Source of the DNA: Candidatus Omnitrophota bacterium
GTDB taxonomy: Bacteria > Omnitrophota > Gorgyraeia > Zapsychrales > Fredricksoniimonadaceae
Length of the DNA stretch: 64,000 bases
NCBI GenBank assembly: GCA_015233145.1
Contig: JADFYI010000004.1
Location: 68,821 to 132,820, forward strand
Direction of reading: 5' to 3'
The notes beneath the pieces are model-generated. The model was not told the origin of the DNA, ran no database searches, and saw only the letters and a program-made list of their open reading frames with translations. Made by a program: the position numbers and the translations under genes. Shown one piece after another: positions 18,885-28,206 of this stretch (position 1 is its first letter; each line of letters opens with the position of its first letter).

Positions 18885-19994
18885 CTAAGTCAATTGTTTA
18901 ATAATATCCTCAACCGACTTGGGCCTTGCGAGCGCCCGGCATTTTTCTTTGGCCTGACGAAGCGTTTCCGGAGAGGATGAAAACTTTTTGATTTCCGCGG
19001 CGATTTCTTCAAGGCTCTTGTCGCTTAGCCCGATGCCGTGCCTGGCCAAAACCTCGACATTGCCCGCTTCTTGCCCGGGGATAGCGCTAAAAAAAATCAG
19101 CGGCAGCGAATTGGCAAGGGCTTCGGTGATCGAAAGCCCGCCGGGCTTGGTTAACATCACATCCGAGGCACTCATAAGTTCTTCCATATTATCAACAAAT
19201 TTACAAACCTTATGGAGAGGATTTCCCTGGGAAGACATTTTGTCAAAAAGGATTTTATTGTTCCCGCAGATAATAATCATCTGCTCGTCTTTCAAAAGCC
19301 TGGACAGCTCTTCAATCGGGCCAAAGCCAAACGAACTTGTGGATAAAAGAACTGTAAACTTGTCTTCCTTCAAGCCCAGTTTGCGGCGGATTTCTTTAGG
19401 GTCACGCGCCAGCGTAAACTTTTCATCACAAGGGATGCCGGTCACAACAATTTTCTTTTCATCCACTCCGAGCGCGGCAAGCCGCCCCTTGGTATAGTCA
19501 GAAGCCACGAGATACAGGTCGACCCCCTTGGAAAGCCAGATTTTGTGGACATCAAAATCTGTCACCATTGTGACAAGTTTTGCATCTGTCTCGCCCCTGA
19601 CTCGCATATCCCCGACAACTTCGGTAGAAAGAAAGTGCGTGGTCACAATAACGTCAAAATGGCCGTCCTTGACAAACTTGACAAGCGCCCCGGCGTTGGC
19701 CCCGTTATAAATACGGCGCGTGCGCTGAAAAAGAGGGAGCATCCATTTTTTATCTGTTAATTCAAAAAACACAGCCCAAAGCTTGGGAAGCTTGCCCACC
19801 ATAAACTCATAACCCTGGCTGTAGGCTTTGCGGAAAAATGAATTGGTGTGGTCAAGGGCATCAACAATCTGGACGTTGTCGATTTTGCGCGCGATGAGGC
19901 CGTGATAAATCGCCTCAGCGGCTTTTCGGTGGCCGGCTCCGGCGGTGGCGTGAAGGATGAGAATCTTTCTTGAGGATGAGTTCTGCTGCGTCAT
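18885..19994 (-). CDS. GT28 glycosyltransferase, MGDG synthase/UgtP-like diacylglycerol glycosyltransferase
   Basis: 369 aa. KILILHATAGAGHRKAAEAI N-terminus and PGGLSITEA C-terminal motif typical of the MGDG synthase family. Confidence 0.7.
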   Translation of the reverse strand: MTQQNSSSRKILILHATAGAGHRKAAEAIYHGLIARKIDNVQIVDALDHTNSFFRKAYSQGYEFMVGKLPKLWAVFFELTDKKWMLPLFQRTRRIYNGANAGALVKFVKDGHFDVIVTTHFLSTEVVGDMRVRGETDAKLVTMVTDFDVHKIWLSKGVDLYLVASDYTKGRLAALGVDEKKIVVTGIPCDEKFTLARDPKEIRRKLGLKEDKFTVLLSTSSFGFGPIEELSRLLKDEQMIIICGNNKILFDKMSSQGNPLHKVCKFVDNMEELMSASDVMLTKPGGLSITEALANSLPLIFFSAIPGQEAGNVEVLARHGIGLSDKSLEEIAAEIKKFSSSPETLRQAKEKCRALARPKSVEDIIKQLT

Positions 19995-20514
19995 AAAGGT
20001 CCTCCACGATAAAGTCAGGACGGACGTCCCAACGTTTCATATACTCGCGGTCCTCACGGCCCGAGAGGCAAAATATCGTTTTACACCCTGCGTTTTTGCC
20101 GGCCTTGACATCGCCCTCGGTGTCACCCACAAAATAGGCATGCGGGGCATCGTCAATGGTTTTATCAAGAAGCTCAAGGGCTTTAATGATATTCCCGATC
20201 CGGGGTTTGCGGCAGTTGCAGGCATCCGATGACTTGCAGGTACAGTACAACACTTCCCTGATCCTGCCGCCCGCCTCTTTAACGCCTTTAAGCATGTGCT
20301 CCGTGATCTGGTCGAGCTTTTCTTTGGAATAGACACCCTTCCCTACTCCGGCCTGATTGGAGACAACAAAAATATCATACCCCGCGTCAGTCAGGGCCTT
20401 CAACGCCTCAAGCGCCCGGGGAATAAAATGAAAATCCCTGACCCGGGTCACGTAAAGGCCGTTGCCGGGAAACTTGTTGATAACACCGTCTCTGTCTAAA
20501 AAGACAACTTGCAT
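19915..20514 (-). CDS. gmhB: D-glycero-D-manno-heptose 1,7-bisphosphate phosphatase (HAD)
   Basis: FLDRDGVIN (DxDGT/V HAD motif I), SNQAGVGKG, the CTCKSSDACNCRKP zinc loop and GDTEGDVKAG. The basic 3' tail overlaps the next gene by 80 nt. Confidence 0.75.
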   Translation of the reverse strand: MQVVFLDRDGVINKFPGNGLYVTRVRDFHFIPRALEALKALTDAGYDIFVVSNQAGVGKGVYSKEKLDQITEHMLKGVKEAGGRIREVLYCTCKSSDACNCRKPRIGNIIKALELLDKTIDDAPHAYFVGDTEGDVKAGKNAGCKTIFCLSGREDREYMKRWDVRPDFIVEDLYDAAELILKKDSHPSRHRRSRPPKSR

Positions 20515-20524
20515 GGATTTGCTG

Positions 20525-21289
20525 TTATTTTTTCTGTTTAACGACTTTCATCATCTCGTAATACTTGGCGTAACTCATGATCTGATAAAGAGAGGCAAAA
20601 ATAGCCAGCATAAACCCCATAAAGCCGTCCCGCCAGCCCTGCTTGCCGATAAAGGAACGGAAAAAACGGTCAACCGTCCGCCACAAGGCGATCCCTAAGG
20701 TCATATTCCTTTTTGTATCTACCCATTTCTGCGCTTCCAATGTGGTTTGGCCGTTAAGCTTGGCCAGAAAATGGGCAAAATCACGATAACTTTTATGGAT
20801 AATATCTTTCCTGAGATGGTTCATTTTCCCGTCAAAAAAAAGCCTGGGATGAACGCCGACCTCTTCATAACGAAAATTTTTCTTAAGGAAAACCCTGACC
20901 TGGGCCGCCGGATACTGCCCGCCATACTTATACCAGTAGTCACCGACATAATTCCGGCGGGGAACCGTAAAACCCTGGACATCCGAGGGAAGTGTTGCGT
21001 CAATTTCTGCTTTAAGCTCATCCGTAACACGCTCATCAGCATCCAGGCTGAAAACCCAGTCGTTTTTTGCCTGGGCATACGCCCAATTGCGGTGCTTGCC
21101 CTCGGTATCCATTTTGCGAAGAAAGATACGCGCCCCGTACTTTTGGGCGCGGGCAACAGTGCTGTCCGTGCTTTCGTCATCAACAACAATAATCTCTTCC
21201 GCCCAGCCGTAAACGCTCTTTAAACACTCATCAATATTGTTTTCTTCGTTCTTCGCAATAACAACAACGCTGATGGGCGGACGGCTCAT
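20525..21289 (-). CDS. GT2 glycosyltransferase (LPS-core KdtX/WaaE-like)
   Basis: ISVVVIAKNEENNI, IIVVDDESTDST and FSLDADE (DxD). Confidence 0.75.
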   Translation of the reverse strand: MSRPPISVVVIAKNEENNIDECLKSVYGWAEEIIVVDDESTDSTVARAQKYGARIFLRKMDTEGKHRNWAYAQAKNDWVFSLDADERVTDELKAEIDATLPSDVQGFTVPRRNYVGDYWYKYGGQYPAAQVRVFLKKNFRYEEVGVHPRLFFDGKMNHLRKDIIHKSYRDFAHFLAKLNGQTTLEAQKWVDTKRNMTLGIALWRTVDRFFRSFIGKQGWRDGFMGFMLAIFASLYQIMSYAKYYEMMKVVKQKK

Positions 21290-22386
21290 GACAACGACTC
21301 CTTAAGGGCATTAGCCACTTCCTTGACTTGCGCAGCCGTCATATGCGGGAACATGGGGAGTGATAAAATCTCGTCACACACCTTCTCGCTGACCGGAAAA
21401 TCATTCTTTTTATAGCCGGCATCTGCATAAGCCTCCTGCAAATGAATCGGGATCGGATAATGGATCAGGGATGTCACGCCCTTTGCCTTAAGCGCCTCCA
21501 TCACCTTGTCGCGGCTTTTGACGCGAACAGCGTAGGTCTGGTAAACATGCTCGCGATGAGAGGCTAATTTCGGGACGATAACATCAACACCCTTTAATTC
21601 CTCGGCGTAAACAGCCGCCACTTTCTTGCGCATATCGTTCCAATGATCAAGAGATTTAAGTTTCGCTGAAAGGACCACCGCCTGCATGGTATCTAGGCGC
21701 GAGTTGAACCCCTTCATCTTGTGAGAATAGCGGTCTGTACGGCCGTAATCGCGGAGCATCTCAACCATATATTTTACTTTGTCGTCATTGGTAACTACCG
21801 CCCCGCCGTCTCCCCACGCGCCCAAACCTTTTGTGGGATAAAAACTGAAGCACCCGGCCTTGCCCATAGAGCCGCTGCGCGCGCCCTTATAACGCGTGCC
21901 GTGCGCCTGGCAGGCATCTTCAACCACAGCCACGCCATGTTTATTGGCAATACTCATAATCTCATCCATATTCGCCATCTGGCCATAAAGATGAACCGGA
22001 ATAATCGCCTTGGTTTTCTTGGTAATGACTTTTTCAAGCTTTTGGGGGTCAATATTGTAAGTTTCTTCCTCAATATCCACAAACTTGACTGCCGCGCCGG
22101 TATAAGAAACGCAAAGCGCTGTGGCAATAAACGTATACGTCGGAAGGATCACCTCATCGCCCGGCGCAATATCAAGCGCGCAAAGCGCCAGATAAAGCGC
22201 GTCAGTGCCGGAATTGACACCAATGGCATGTTTTGTTCCGCAATACGCAGCGAATTCCTGCTCAAATTTTTTGACCTGCGGCCCCATGATAAACGATGAC
22301 TTTTCAATAATCCCTTCCCAGGCCGCATTAATCTCGGGCCGGATCGCCTTGTTCTGTTCGGTAAAATCAATAAACGGTACGCTCAT
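21286..22386 (-). CDS. DegT/DnrJ/EryC1-family sugar aminotransferase
   Basis: 366 aa. NSGTDALYLAL and CFSFYPTKGLGAWGDGGAV (PLP Lys present). Confidence 0.8.
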   Translation of the reverse strand: MSVPFIDFTEQNKAIRPEINAAWEGIIEKSSFIMGPQVKKFEQEFAAYCGTKHAIGVNSGTDALYLALCALDIAPGDEVILPTYTFIATALCVSYTGAAVKFVDIEEETYNIDPQKLEKVITKKTKAIIPVHLYGQMANMDEIMSIANKHGVAVVEDACQAHGTRYKGARSGSMGKAGCFSFYPTKGLGAWGDGGAVVTNDDKVKYMVEMLRDYGRTDRYSHKMKGFNSRLDTMQAVVLSAKLKSLDHWNDMRKKVAAVYAEELKGVDVIVPKLASHREHVYQTYAVRVKSRDKVMEALKAKGVTSLIHYPIPIHLQEAYADAGYKKNDFPVSEKVCDEILSLPMFPHMTAAQVKEVANALKESLS

Positions 22387-23465
22387 AATAAAACCTCTAC
22401 TTGGTTAAAAACTTCTTCAACTGACAATTCCTTCAGGCAGCTCAAGTGCTGGCAATCCGTCATGCGGAAGCGACGGTAACATGGCTGGCAAGAAAGCCCT
22501 TTAATAATAACTTTATGTCCCTTAGCCGGAAACGGCCCGTAAACTACCGAATCCACAGGTCCAAAAATCGAGGCTGTTGGCACGCCGGAGGCAACGGCAA
22601 CATGCAACGGCCCGCCGTCGTTAGCCACAACACACCGCGCATGACACACCAAGGCCGCTGCCTGCAATACTGAAGTTTTTCCTGCGGCATTAATGGCTTT
22701 GGGGCCACGCATGGCGTTTTTGACAGTTTCACAAAGCTCAATCTCGCTTTTATCACCCATCAGTATAAGGGCAAGGGATGTTTTTTCAATTATTTTGTCC
22801 GCCAATTTCGCATACTGCCCGGCAGGCCAGCGTTTCTGATGGGCGCCCTTGCCCCAGCTGGCTCCGCCGCCAGGGTAAAGGCATAAAAATTTTTTGTCAG
22901 ACAAACTGTTTTGCGCCAAAAAATCCCTGGCCCAATTCCTGTCGGATTCTGAAGGAAAAAGAGCCATCCCGGGGGGAGCGCCTGCCCTGCCACTCTTGTG
23001 ATGATCCGCTTTCCAATACTTTAATAATTCCAAATAATACCCTGCCACAGGCCTGCCTTCAAAGCCCTTGAGCGGAATCTTTTGGGTCAGCCAGCGGCCG
23101 CGGCCTTTGTAATCGTAGCCAATGCGCAGAGGAACCCCTGCGAGCATCAGCGCCAACCCCAAAGGCGAGCCCAACGAAAAATCAAACGCAGCATCAAACT
23201 TTTCTCTGCGGATATCCGTTATAAAGCCTTGCCACTTTCTTAAAAAGGCCCAGGGAGACTTTTTGTAAACCGCAAAAAATTCATCACGTTCATAAGAAAA
23301 CACTTTATGAAGACGGGGATCATTCTTTAAGACAGGAAAAGTGCGGGCATTGCCGATATAAGAAATCCGGATATCAGGAGCTTCTTCTTTTAATGCCGCA
23401 ATAAAAGGCGTTGTGAAAAGCACATCTCCGATGCCAAACGGGCAGACCACAATAATATTTTTCAT
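22383..23465 (-). CDS. GT9 heptosyltransferase (RfaF/RfaC family)
   Basis: 360 aa. IIVVCPFGIGDVLFTTP N-terminus and NDGGPLHVAVA C-terminal motif. Confidence 0.75.
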   Translation of the reverse strand: MKNIIVVCPFGIGDVLFTTPFIAALKEEAPDIRISYIGNARTFPVLKNDPRLHKVFSYERDEFFAVYKKSPWAFLRKWQGFITDIRREKFDAAFDFSLGSPLGLALMLAGVPLRIGYDYKGRGRWLTQKIPLKGFEGRPVAGYYLELLKYWKADHHKSGRAGAPPGMALFPSESDRNWARDFLAQNSLSDKKFLCLYPGGGASWGKGAHQKRWPAGQYAKLADKIIEKTSLALILMGDKSEIELCETVKNAMRGPKAINAAGKTSVLQAAALVCHARCVVANDGGPLHVAVASGVPTASIFGPVDSVVYGPFPAKGHKVIIKGLSCQPCYRRFRMTDCQHLSCLKELSVEEVFNQVEVLL

Positions 23466-23505
23466 AACTTTTCAAAAGAGCACCGTCGAACAGCGCTCTC
23501 GCCTT

Positions 23506-24243
23506 TTACCTTTTTACAGCCTTCACTATCAAATGCTCCCCAAACAGCATGTCCCTGGATAATAAAATACGATTGATCCTTGAAAAATCAACGCCGCCTT
23601 TCTTCCGGGACCGGTTCTCTTTTGATTTCAGCTGAAACTTTATAAGCGGAATAAAAAACGCCAGCCCCAGGCCCTCGTATTTGCTGGTATGGATACTCTG
23701 GATTGGAAGATTATTATAATGGAGCAAATATTCTATATCATGATACCGCCACGGAATAAGATGCAAGTTCCAGATAACCTCTTTGGGATTCTGGGAATGC
23801 TCGAGGGGGATTTCCCTGAAATATTCCCAGCAGCCTTCCACCAAAAACCTGACCCTGGACTTTAAATTCAAAATATTGGGTGTCGATAAAACAAGCTTTC
23901 CTCCGGGCTTCAAAATCCGGTGCAGCTCTTTAACCACATCATAAGGGTTCTTTAAATGCTCGACGACTTCCGCAAGAACAATAAAATCAAAACTATTGTC
24001 ATCAAAAGGCAGTTTTTCCGTTACATTGCATTTTTGGAATTTGATCTGGTTTTGATACCGGAACCGGTTGACGTCCATGTCTCCGGCGAGAACATCAAAC
24101 CCCATCTTATGAAGGTTATACGCATAATCCCCGTCGCCACAGCCGATATCCAAAACCCTGCCGCGTTTTTCCGCGTCAAAAACAGCCAAAAAACTCTCTA
24201 ATAAATAATTTTTCTTTTTCACAACAAACTCTCCCGTGGGCAT
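23506..24243 (-). CDS. class I SAM-dependent methyltransferase
   Basis: VLDIGCGDGDY (motif I) and LKPGGKLVLSTPN. ORF 23506-24324 trimmed to ATG 24243 because the extension overlaps the upstream GT4 gene. Confidence 0.75.
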   Translation of the reverse strand: MPTGEFVVKKKNYLLESFLAVFDAEKRGRVLDIGCGDGDYAYNLHKMGFDVLAGDMDVNRFRYQNQIKFQKCNVTEKLPFDDNSFDFIVLAEVVEHLKNPYDVVKELHRILKPGGKLVLSTPNILNLKSRVRFLVEGCWEYFREIPLEHSQNPKEVIWNLHLIPWRYHDIEYLLHYNNLPIQSIHTSKYEGLGLAFFIPLIKFQLKSKENRSRKKGGVDFSRINRILLSRDMLFGEHLIVKAVKR

Positions 24244-24250
24244 TCCTTTT

Positions 24251-25402
24251 TTAGTCTGAAATGATTTCCTTATAAACTTCAAGCGTGCCTTCCGCCATGC
24301 GATCCCACGAAAAATCTTTGGCACGATTTAATGCTTTCTCAGCATAAAGGTCATGCTCAACAGGATCTTCCAGAAGTTTTTTCACTGCGTTTGCGATGGC
24401 GGGCGAATCATAAGGATCCACCAACACCGCCGCGTCAGAAGCCACCTCAGGGATGGCTCCCCGGTCGCTCGCCACGACCGGAACCCCGAACGAAAACGAA
24501 TCCAAAACCGCAAGCGGCGTTCCGGTAAAGAACGGCGTGACGACTGAAACCGCGGCATTGGATAAAATCACGCGAAAAACGCGGTCTGGAATATAGCCTG
24601 TGGCGATCACCTTGTCGCGCAACCCCAGGCGTTCCATTTTTCTCAAGGTCCTCGCATACTGGCCGTCGGAGCGGTAGTTGTTTCCCGTGAAAACAAAATA
24701 CACGTCATGAGGCAAAGCCCGGTGGCACTGGGCAAAGGCCTCAATAAGAAAATCTGGATTGCGCCGGCTTTTATCCAGGCCTGAAACGCTTAAAACATAT
24801 GTTTTATCTTCCAGTTTATACTTCCGTAAAATCCCGGCCTCTTCCTCCTTGGATATAAAAGACAGCGCCTCATCACCCGCGCCCAAGGGCGTTACCACAA
24901 CCTGCTCGGCGCTCACCCGGCAAAGCCACATCACGTCCATCTTCCCGGTTTCAGACACTGTTAAAACTTTCTGGGCCTTACGCGCCCACATCCAGTGGCG
25001 GACACGGTACCGCCAGGCTTCCCAAATCCCCGCAAGCCCGTTTTTGGTCATGCGCGGAACCATGTCAAATACGGTAATGACCGTGGGGCACGGGACGCTG
25101 AACAGAGGCAAAGAATCATGAATCGGCGCATGGAAAATATCAATGGCATGTTCCGCCAAAAGGCCGGGAAGGACTTTCGCAGGCCAAAGCCCGCGCATTT
25201 TCTTAGGGAGCGGTGCCACAACCCTTGTCACCTGCGGGAAATGGATATACGGCTCATAATCCACGCAAATTTTATCCGGCGAAAAAAGCACGATCTCAAT
25301 GCGCTCATTTGCTCTCACAAGAGCCTCCACGAGCTTGGCCAAATAATGCGCCGCAGCTGTCCTCTCACCGGTCAAAACATTGGCATCAAAACCAATTCGC
25401 AT
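24251..25402 (-). CDS. GT4 glycosyltransferase
   Basis: GT-B/GT4 layout. ATG 25402 is preceded by a GGGAGG Shine-Dalgarno; the ORF-track start is a TTG. Confidence 0.7.
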   Translation of the reverse strand: MRIGFDANVLTGERTAAAHYLAKLVEALVRANERIEIVLFSPDKICVDYEPYIHFPQVTRVVAPLPKKMRGLWPAKVLPGLLAEHAIDIFHAPIHDSLPLFSVPCPTVITVFDMVPRMTKNGLAGIWEAWRYRVRHWMWARKAQKVLTVSETGKMDVMWLCRVSAEQVVVTPLGAGDEALSFISKEEEAGILRKYKLEDKTYVLSVSGLDKSRRNPDFLIEAFAQCHRALPHDVYFVFTGNNYRSDGQYARTLRKMERLGLRDKVIATGYIPDRVFRVILSNAAVSVVTPFFTGTPLAVLDSFSFGVPVVASDRGAIPEVASDAAVLVDPYDSPAIANAVKKLLEDPVEHDLYAEKALNRAKDFSWDRMAEGTLEVYKEIISD

Positions 25403-25415
25403 ATCCCCTCCCAAG

Positions 25416-26270
25416 TTAAATCATATTGCAAAAACGGCATGGAAGCATCCGTGATTTCTTATTCTTACGGTATTCACGCGCCAAGGCCCCGTTATAAATA
25501 TCCAAAAGCGACCGATCGTTGGCATTGCCCAGGATATACTCTCCTTCCATATCCATACAGCAAAGAGCCACAAGCCCATTGGCTAAAACAACCATGTTTT
25601 TTAAACGCTGGCAATGGATATCCTTAAAACCTCTAAAACTAAAAATCCGCGAAATATAATTATATTTATACCCCACCTTGATCTCAGCCCCTGGAAAATT
25701 CTGACGACAAAAAACGCAAAAACTGTCATTATATATTTTATTTCCAACCTTATCTTCTTTACCATGCTCAACGGAAGCAACAATAATATTTTCCGCAAAT
25801 TTACGCTCGCTATTAAGCCTTAACACATTTTTAATATTAGCCACAACCCTCTTGAAATCCAATCCTACTCTCCTTTTATAATCCAAAGGCTCAAAACCAT
25901 TAAGACTAAAATTAATTAAACGAATATTCCTTATCCGGGACAACTTCTCTGCACGCTCTTCATCTAAAAGAAACCCATTGGTGAAAACAACAATCCCTGC
26001 AGCCGGAAGTTCATGATTAATAAGATCAAGCCGATCAAAAATTTTCTTATCAAGAAACATTTCCCCATTTGCAAACGGATGAACATTTTCAGGGTTAATC
26101 TCCTTAAGATCTTTCAGCAGCTTCAAAAAAAGCTCATCCGACATATCGGTCAAACCGCGCTTCATGTTTCGATGATGGCAAAACTCACACTTCGCATTGC
26201 AGCGATTGGTTGTTTCAATCTGTATCTCTAAAGGACGCTCAACCCGTTCAATCCTTTTCTTCCAAAACAT
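25416..26270 (-). CDS. radical SAM protein with a C-terminal SPASM/twitch-like Cys cluster
   Basis: ETTNRCNAKCEFC (CxxxCxxC). C-terminal Cys residues CQRL...LCCMD...PCRFC. The gene looks much more AT-rich than its neighbours. Confidence 0.75.
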   Translation of the reverse strand: MFWKKRIERVERPLEIQIETTNRCNAKCEFCHHRNMKRGLTDMSDELFLKLLKDLKEINPENVHPFANGEMFLDKKIFDRLDLINHELPAAGIVVFTNGFLLDEERAEKLSRIRNIRLINFSLNGFEPLDYKRRVGLDFKRVVANIKNVLRLNSERKFAENIIVASVEHGKEDKVGNKIYNDSFCVFCRQNFPGAEIKVGYKYNYISRIFSFRGFKDIHCQRLKNMVVLANGLVALCCMDMEGEYILGNANDRSLLDIYNGALAREYRKNKKSRMLPCRFCNMI

Positions 26271-26271
26271 G

Positions 26272-27402
26272 TTACGCCTTTCTTGTCTCCAATAGTGTCT
26301 TGATAACCGCGACGGCCTTATTCACAGATGCCGTTAAAGAAAAATTTTCAACTACAAATTCTCTGGCTGCCATCCGTATACGGTCTTTTAATCTGGAATC
26401 CTGGGCAAGCCTGACGACCGCCTGGCTCATGTTATCAATATCACTGACCGCGGCTAGAAAACCGGTCTCGCCATCCCTGACAATCTCCTCAGGCCCGCCG
26501 CAACGGGTTGCCACAACCACGGCTCCCACGGCCATGGCCTCAATAATAACCCTTCCAAAAGCCTCGTAATGCCCTGGAAAAAGAAAACAATCCATTGCTG
26601 ATAAAATCTTTTCAGGCGCATCAACAAATCCTGGCATGATCAAACGTTTTGCCATGCCCAATGCTTCCGCACGCTGCTGCAACTCCTTGACAATGCCCTC
26701 CTGCCCCGGCTTTGGGGTGCCTGCCATGATAAACCAGGCCTCAGGCACATTTAAAGAAACCTGGCCCGCAAATTTGAGAAAATCAAAAATCCCTTTCTTC
26801 TCAACCAGAGTCCCCACATACCCAACCACAAAGGCATTAACAGGAATGTTCAAAGAACGACGGGCTTGAGCGCGAATTGCGTTATCAAAAAAAACAAACC
26901 GGTTGACATCAACTCCGTTAGGAACCACAAAGACCTGGGGCCTGTACTTTTTGACCAAAGAAGCAACGCCCTGGGAGCACGCCGCAACCCCGTCGGCCTG
27001 TTTAAAAAGAAATTTGTCACTGCCACTGGCATCAAAAACATCATGCACATGCGTTAAGACCACGACACCCAAAAGCCTGCCTAACTTCACTGAAAAAGAA
27101 TTGAGATGCCCTGCATTGGCATAAATCAAATCCGGCTTAAAGGCCCGCGCCAATAACCAAAGACGCATCAACCGCCAATAATTAGGAAAAATACTTTTCC
27201 ATTTTCTATTCCAGCCACAGCAGGCAATAAAAACTTTTACGCCCTTGCGGCAAAAATGCTCTGCAAGATCACCGTCAGCCGGACAGACACACGCGAGGTC
27301 AAAATCATGACGAGCCAAAAGCCCATCCATAAGCTCAACTAAAAACCGTTCTCCTCCGCCTTTAATGTCCGGTTCTGCGGCAATAAATAAAACTCTTGGC
27401 AT
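26272..27402 (-). CDS. GT4 glycosyltransferase
   Basis: 376 aa. FPGHYEAFGRVIIEAMAVGAVVVATRCGGPEEIV (EX7E region). Confidence 0.8.
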   Translation of the reverse strand: MPRVLFIAAEPDIKGGGERFLVELMDGLLARHDFDLACVCPADGDLAEHFCRKGVKVFIACCGWNRKWKSIFPNYWRLMRLWLLARAFKPDLIYANAGHLNSFSVKLGRLLGVVVLTHVHDVFDASGSDKFLFKQADGVAACSQGVASLVKKYRPQVFVVPNGVDVNRFVFFDNAIRAQARRSLNIPVNAFVVGYVGTLVEKKGIFDFLKFAGQVSLNVPEAWFIMAGTPKPGQEGIVKELQQRAEALGMAKRLIMPGFVDAPEKILSAMDCFLFPGHYEAFGRVIIEAMAVGAVVVATRCGGPEEIVRDGETGFLAAVSDIDNMSQAVVRLAQDSRLKDRIRMAAREFVVENFSLTASVNKAVAVIKTLLETRKA

Positions 27403-27412
27403 GGTTCATTTC

Positions 27413-28186
27413 TCAGACCAGTTTGTTCTGCTTTTGGGCTTCTTCCCATATCATAAACCAGCGAATCATGGGGCCGACAACATTAAAAACACAAAAAACC
27501 AATCCATGCGCCCCGTCTTTATATCCCTGCTTCTTAAAATACAGCTTCCAGAATGTTTTTAATGGCTTTAGGGTAAGGCCGTAACGGATTTCTTTAAAGA
27601 GAACCTTGTCGCAAGACTGAACATACGCTTCAGCATCCTTGGAAGTATATTGAACGACTTTGGCGATCAGCCCCGGCATGGAAGTAAACGGGTAATGGTC
27701 AATCGACGCGTCTATCTGGGAAATCTGGCCCTGAAATTTCCAGTCTTCATGAACAAGCCCCCTATCCCGGGCTTCTTTGCGGAAAATCTTGAGCAGAAAC
27801 ATATAATTTCCGGCATGATAAATAGGTTTTCCAAAAAAATAATTTAAACGGCGAATTTTAAAAGCCCCTGTTTGTTGGGGGGCAGACGCAAGGGCCTGCT
27901 TTATCTTCGCGATCGTCTCATCACTCATAATTTCATCAGCATCAAGAGACATAAACCATGGCGACTTGACAAGCTCTGCCCCGGCGTTACGCTGGCGGGC
28001 AAAAAAACTGTCCGATCGCCGCACAATGACTTTGGCGCCATATTCACCCGCTATCTCACGAGTGCGGTCAGTTGATTCGTCGTCAACAATGATAATTTCA
28101 TCCGTTAATTTCTTAACTTGAGAAAGGCACGACTGAAGACGATTTTCTTCATTTTTAGTTATGATGACAACCGCTACCTGTGACAT
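27413..28186 (-). CDS. GT2 glycosyltransferase (paralogue of 20525-21289)
   Basis: VAVVIITKNEENRL, IIIVDDESTDRT and MSLDADE. Confidence 0.75.
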   Translation of the reverse strand: MSQVAVVIITKNEENRLQSCLSQVKKLTDEIIIVDDESTDRTREIAGEYGAKVIVRRSDSFFARQRNAGAELVKSPWFMSLDADEIMSDETIAKIKQALASAPQQTGAFKIRRLNYFFGKPIYHAGNYMFLLKIFRKEARDRGLVHEDWKFQGQISQIDASIDHYPFTSMPGLIAKVVQYTSKDAEAYVQSCDKVLFKEIRYGLTLKPLKTFWKLYFKKQGYKDGAHGLVFCVFNVVGPMIRWFMIWEEAQKQNKLV

Positions 28187-28206
28187 GTCAACTTCCTTAC
28201 GAAATG

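Noticed and set aside
25416-26270. The radical SAM/SPASM gene as a RiPP maturase.
   Set aside because: No candidate precursor peptide ORF lies adjacent, and both neighbours are GT4 glycosyltransferases with 1-13 nt spacing. A glycan-tailoring role is more parsimonious.
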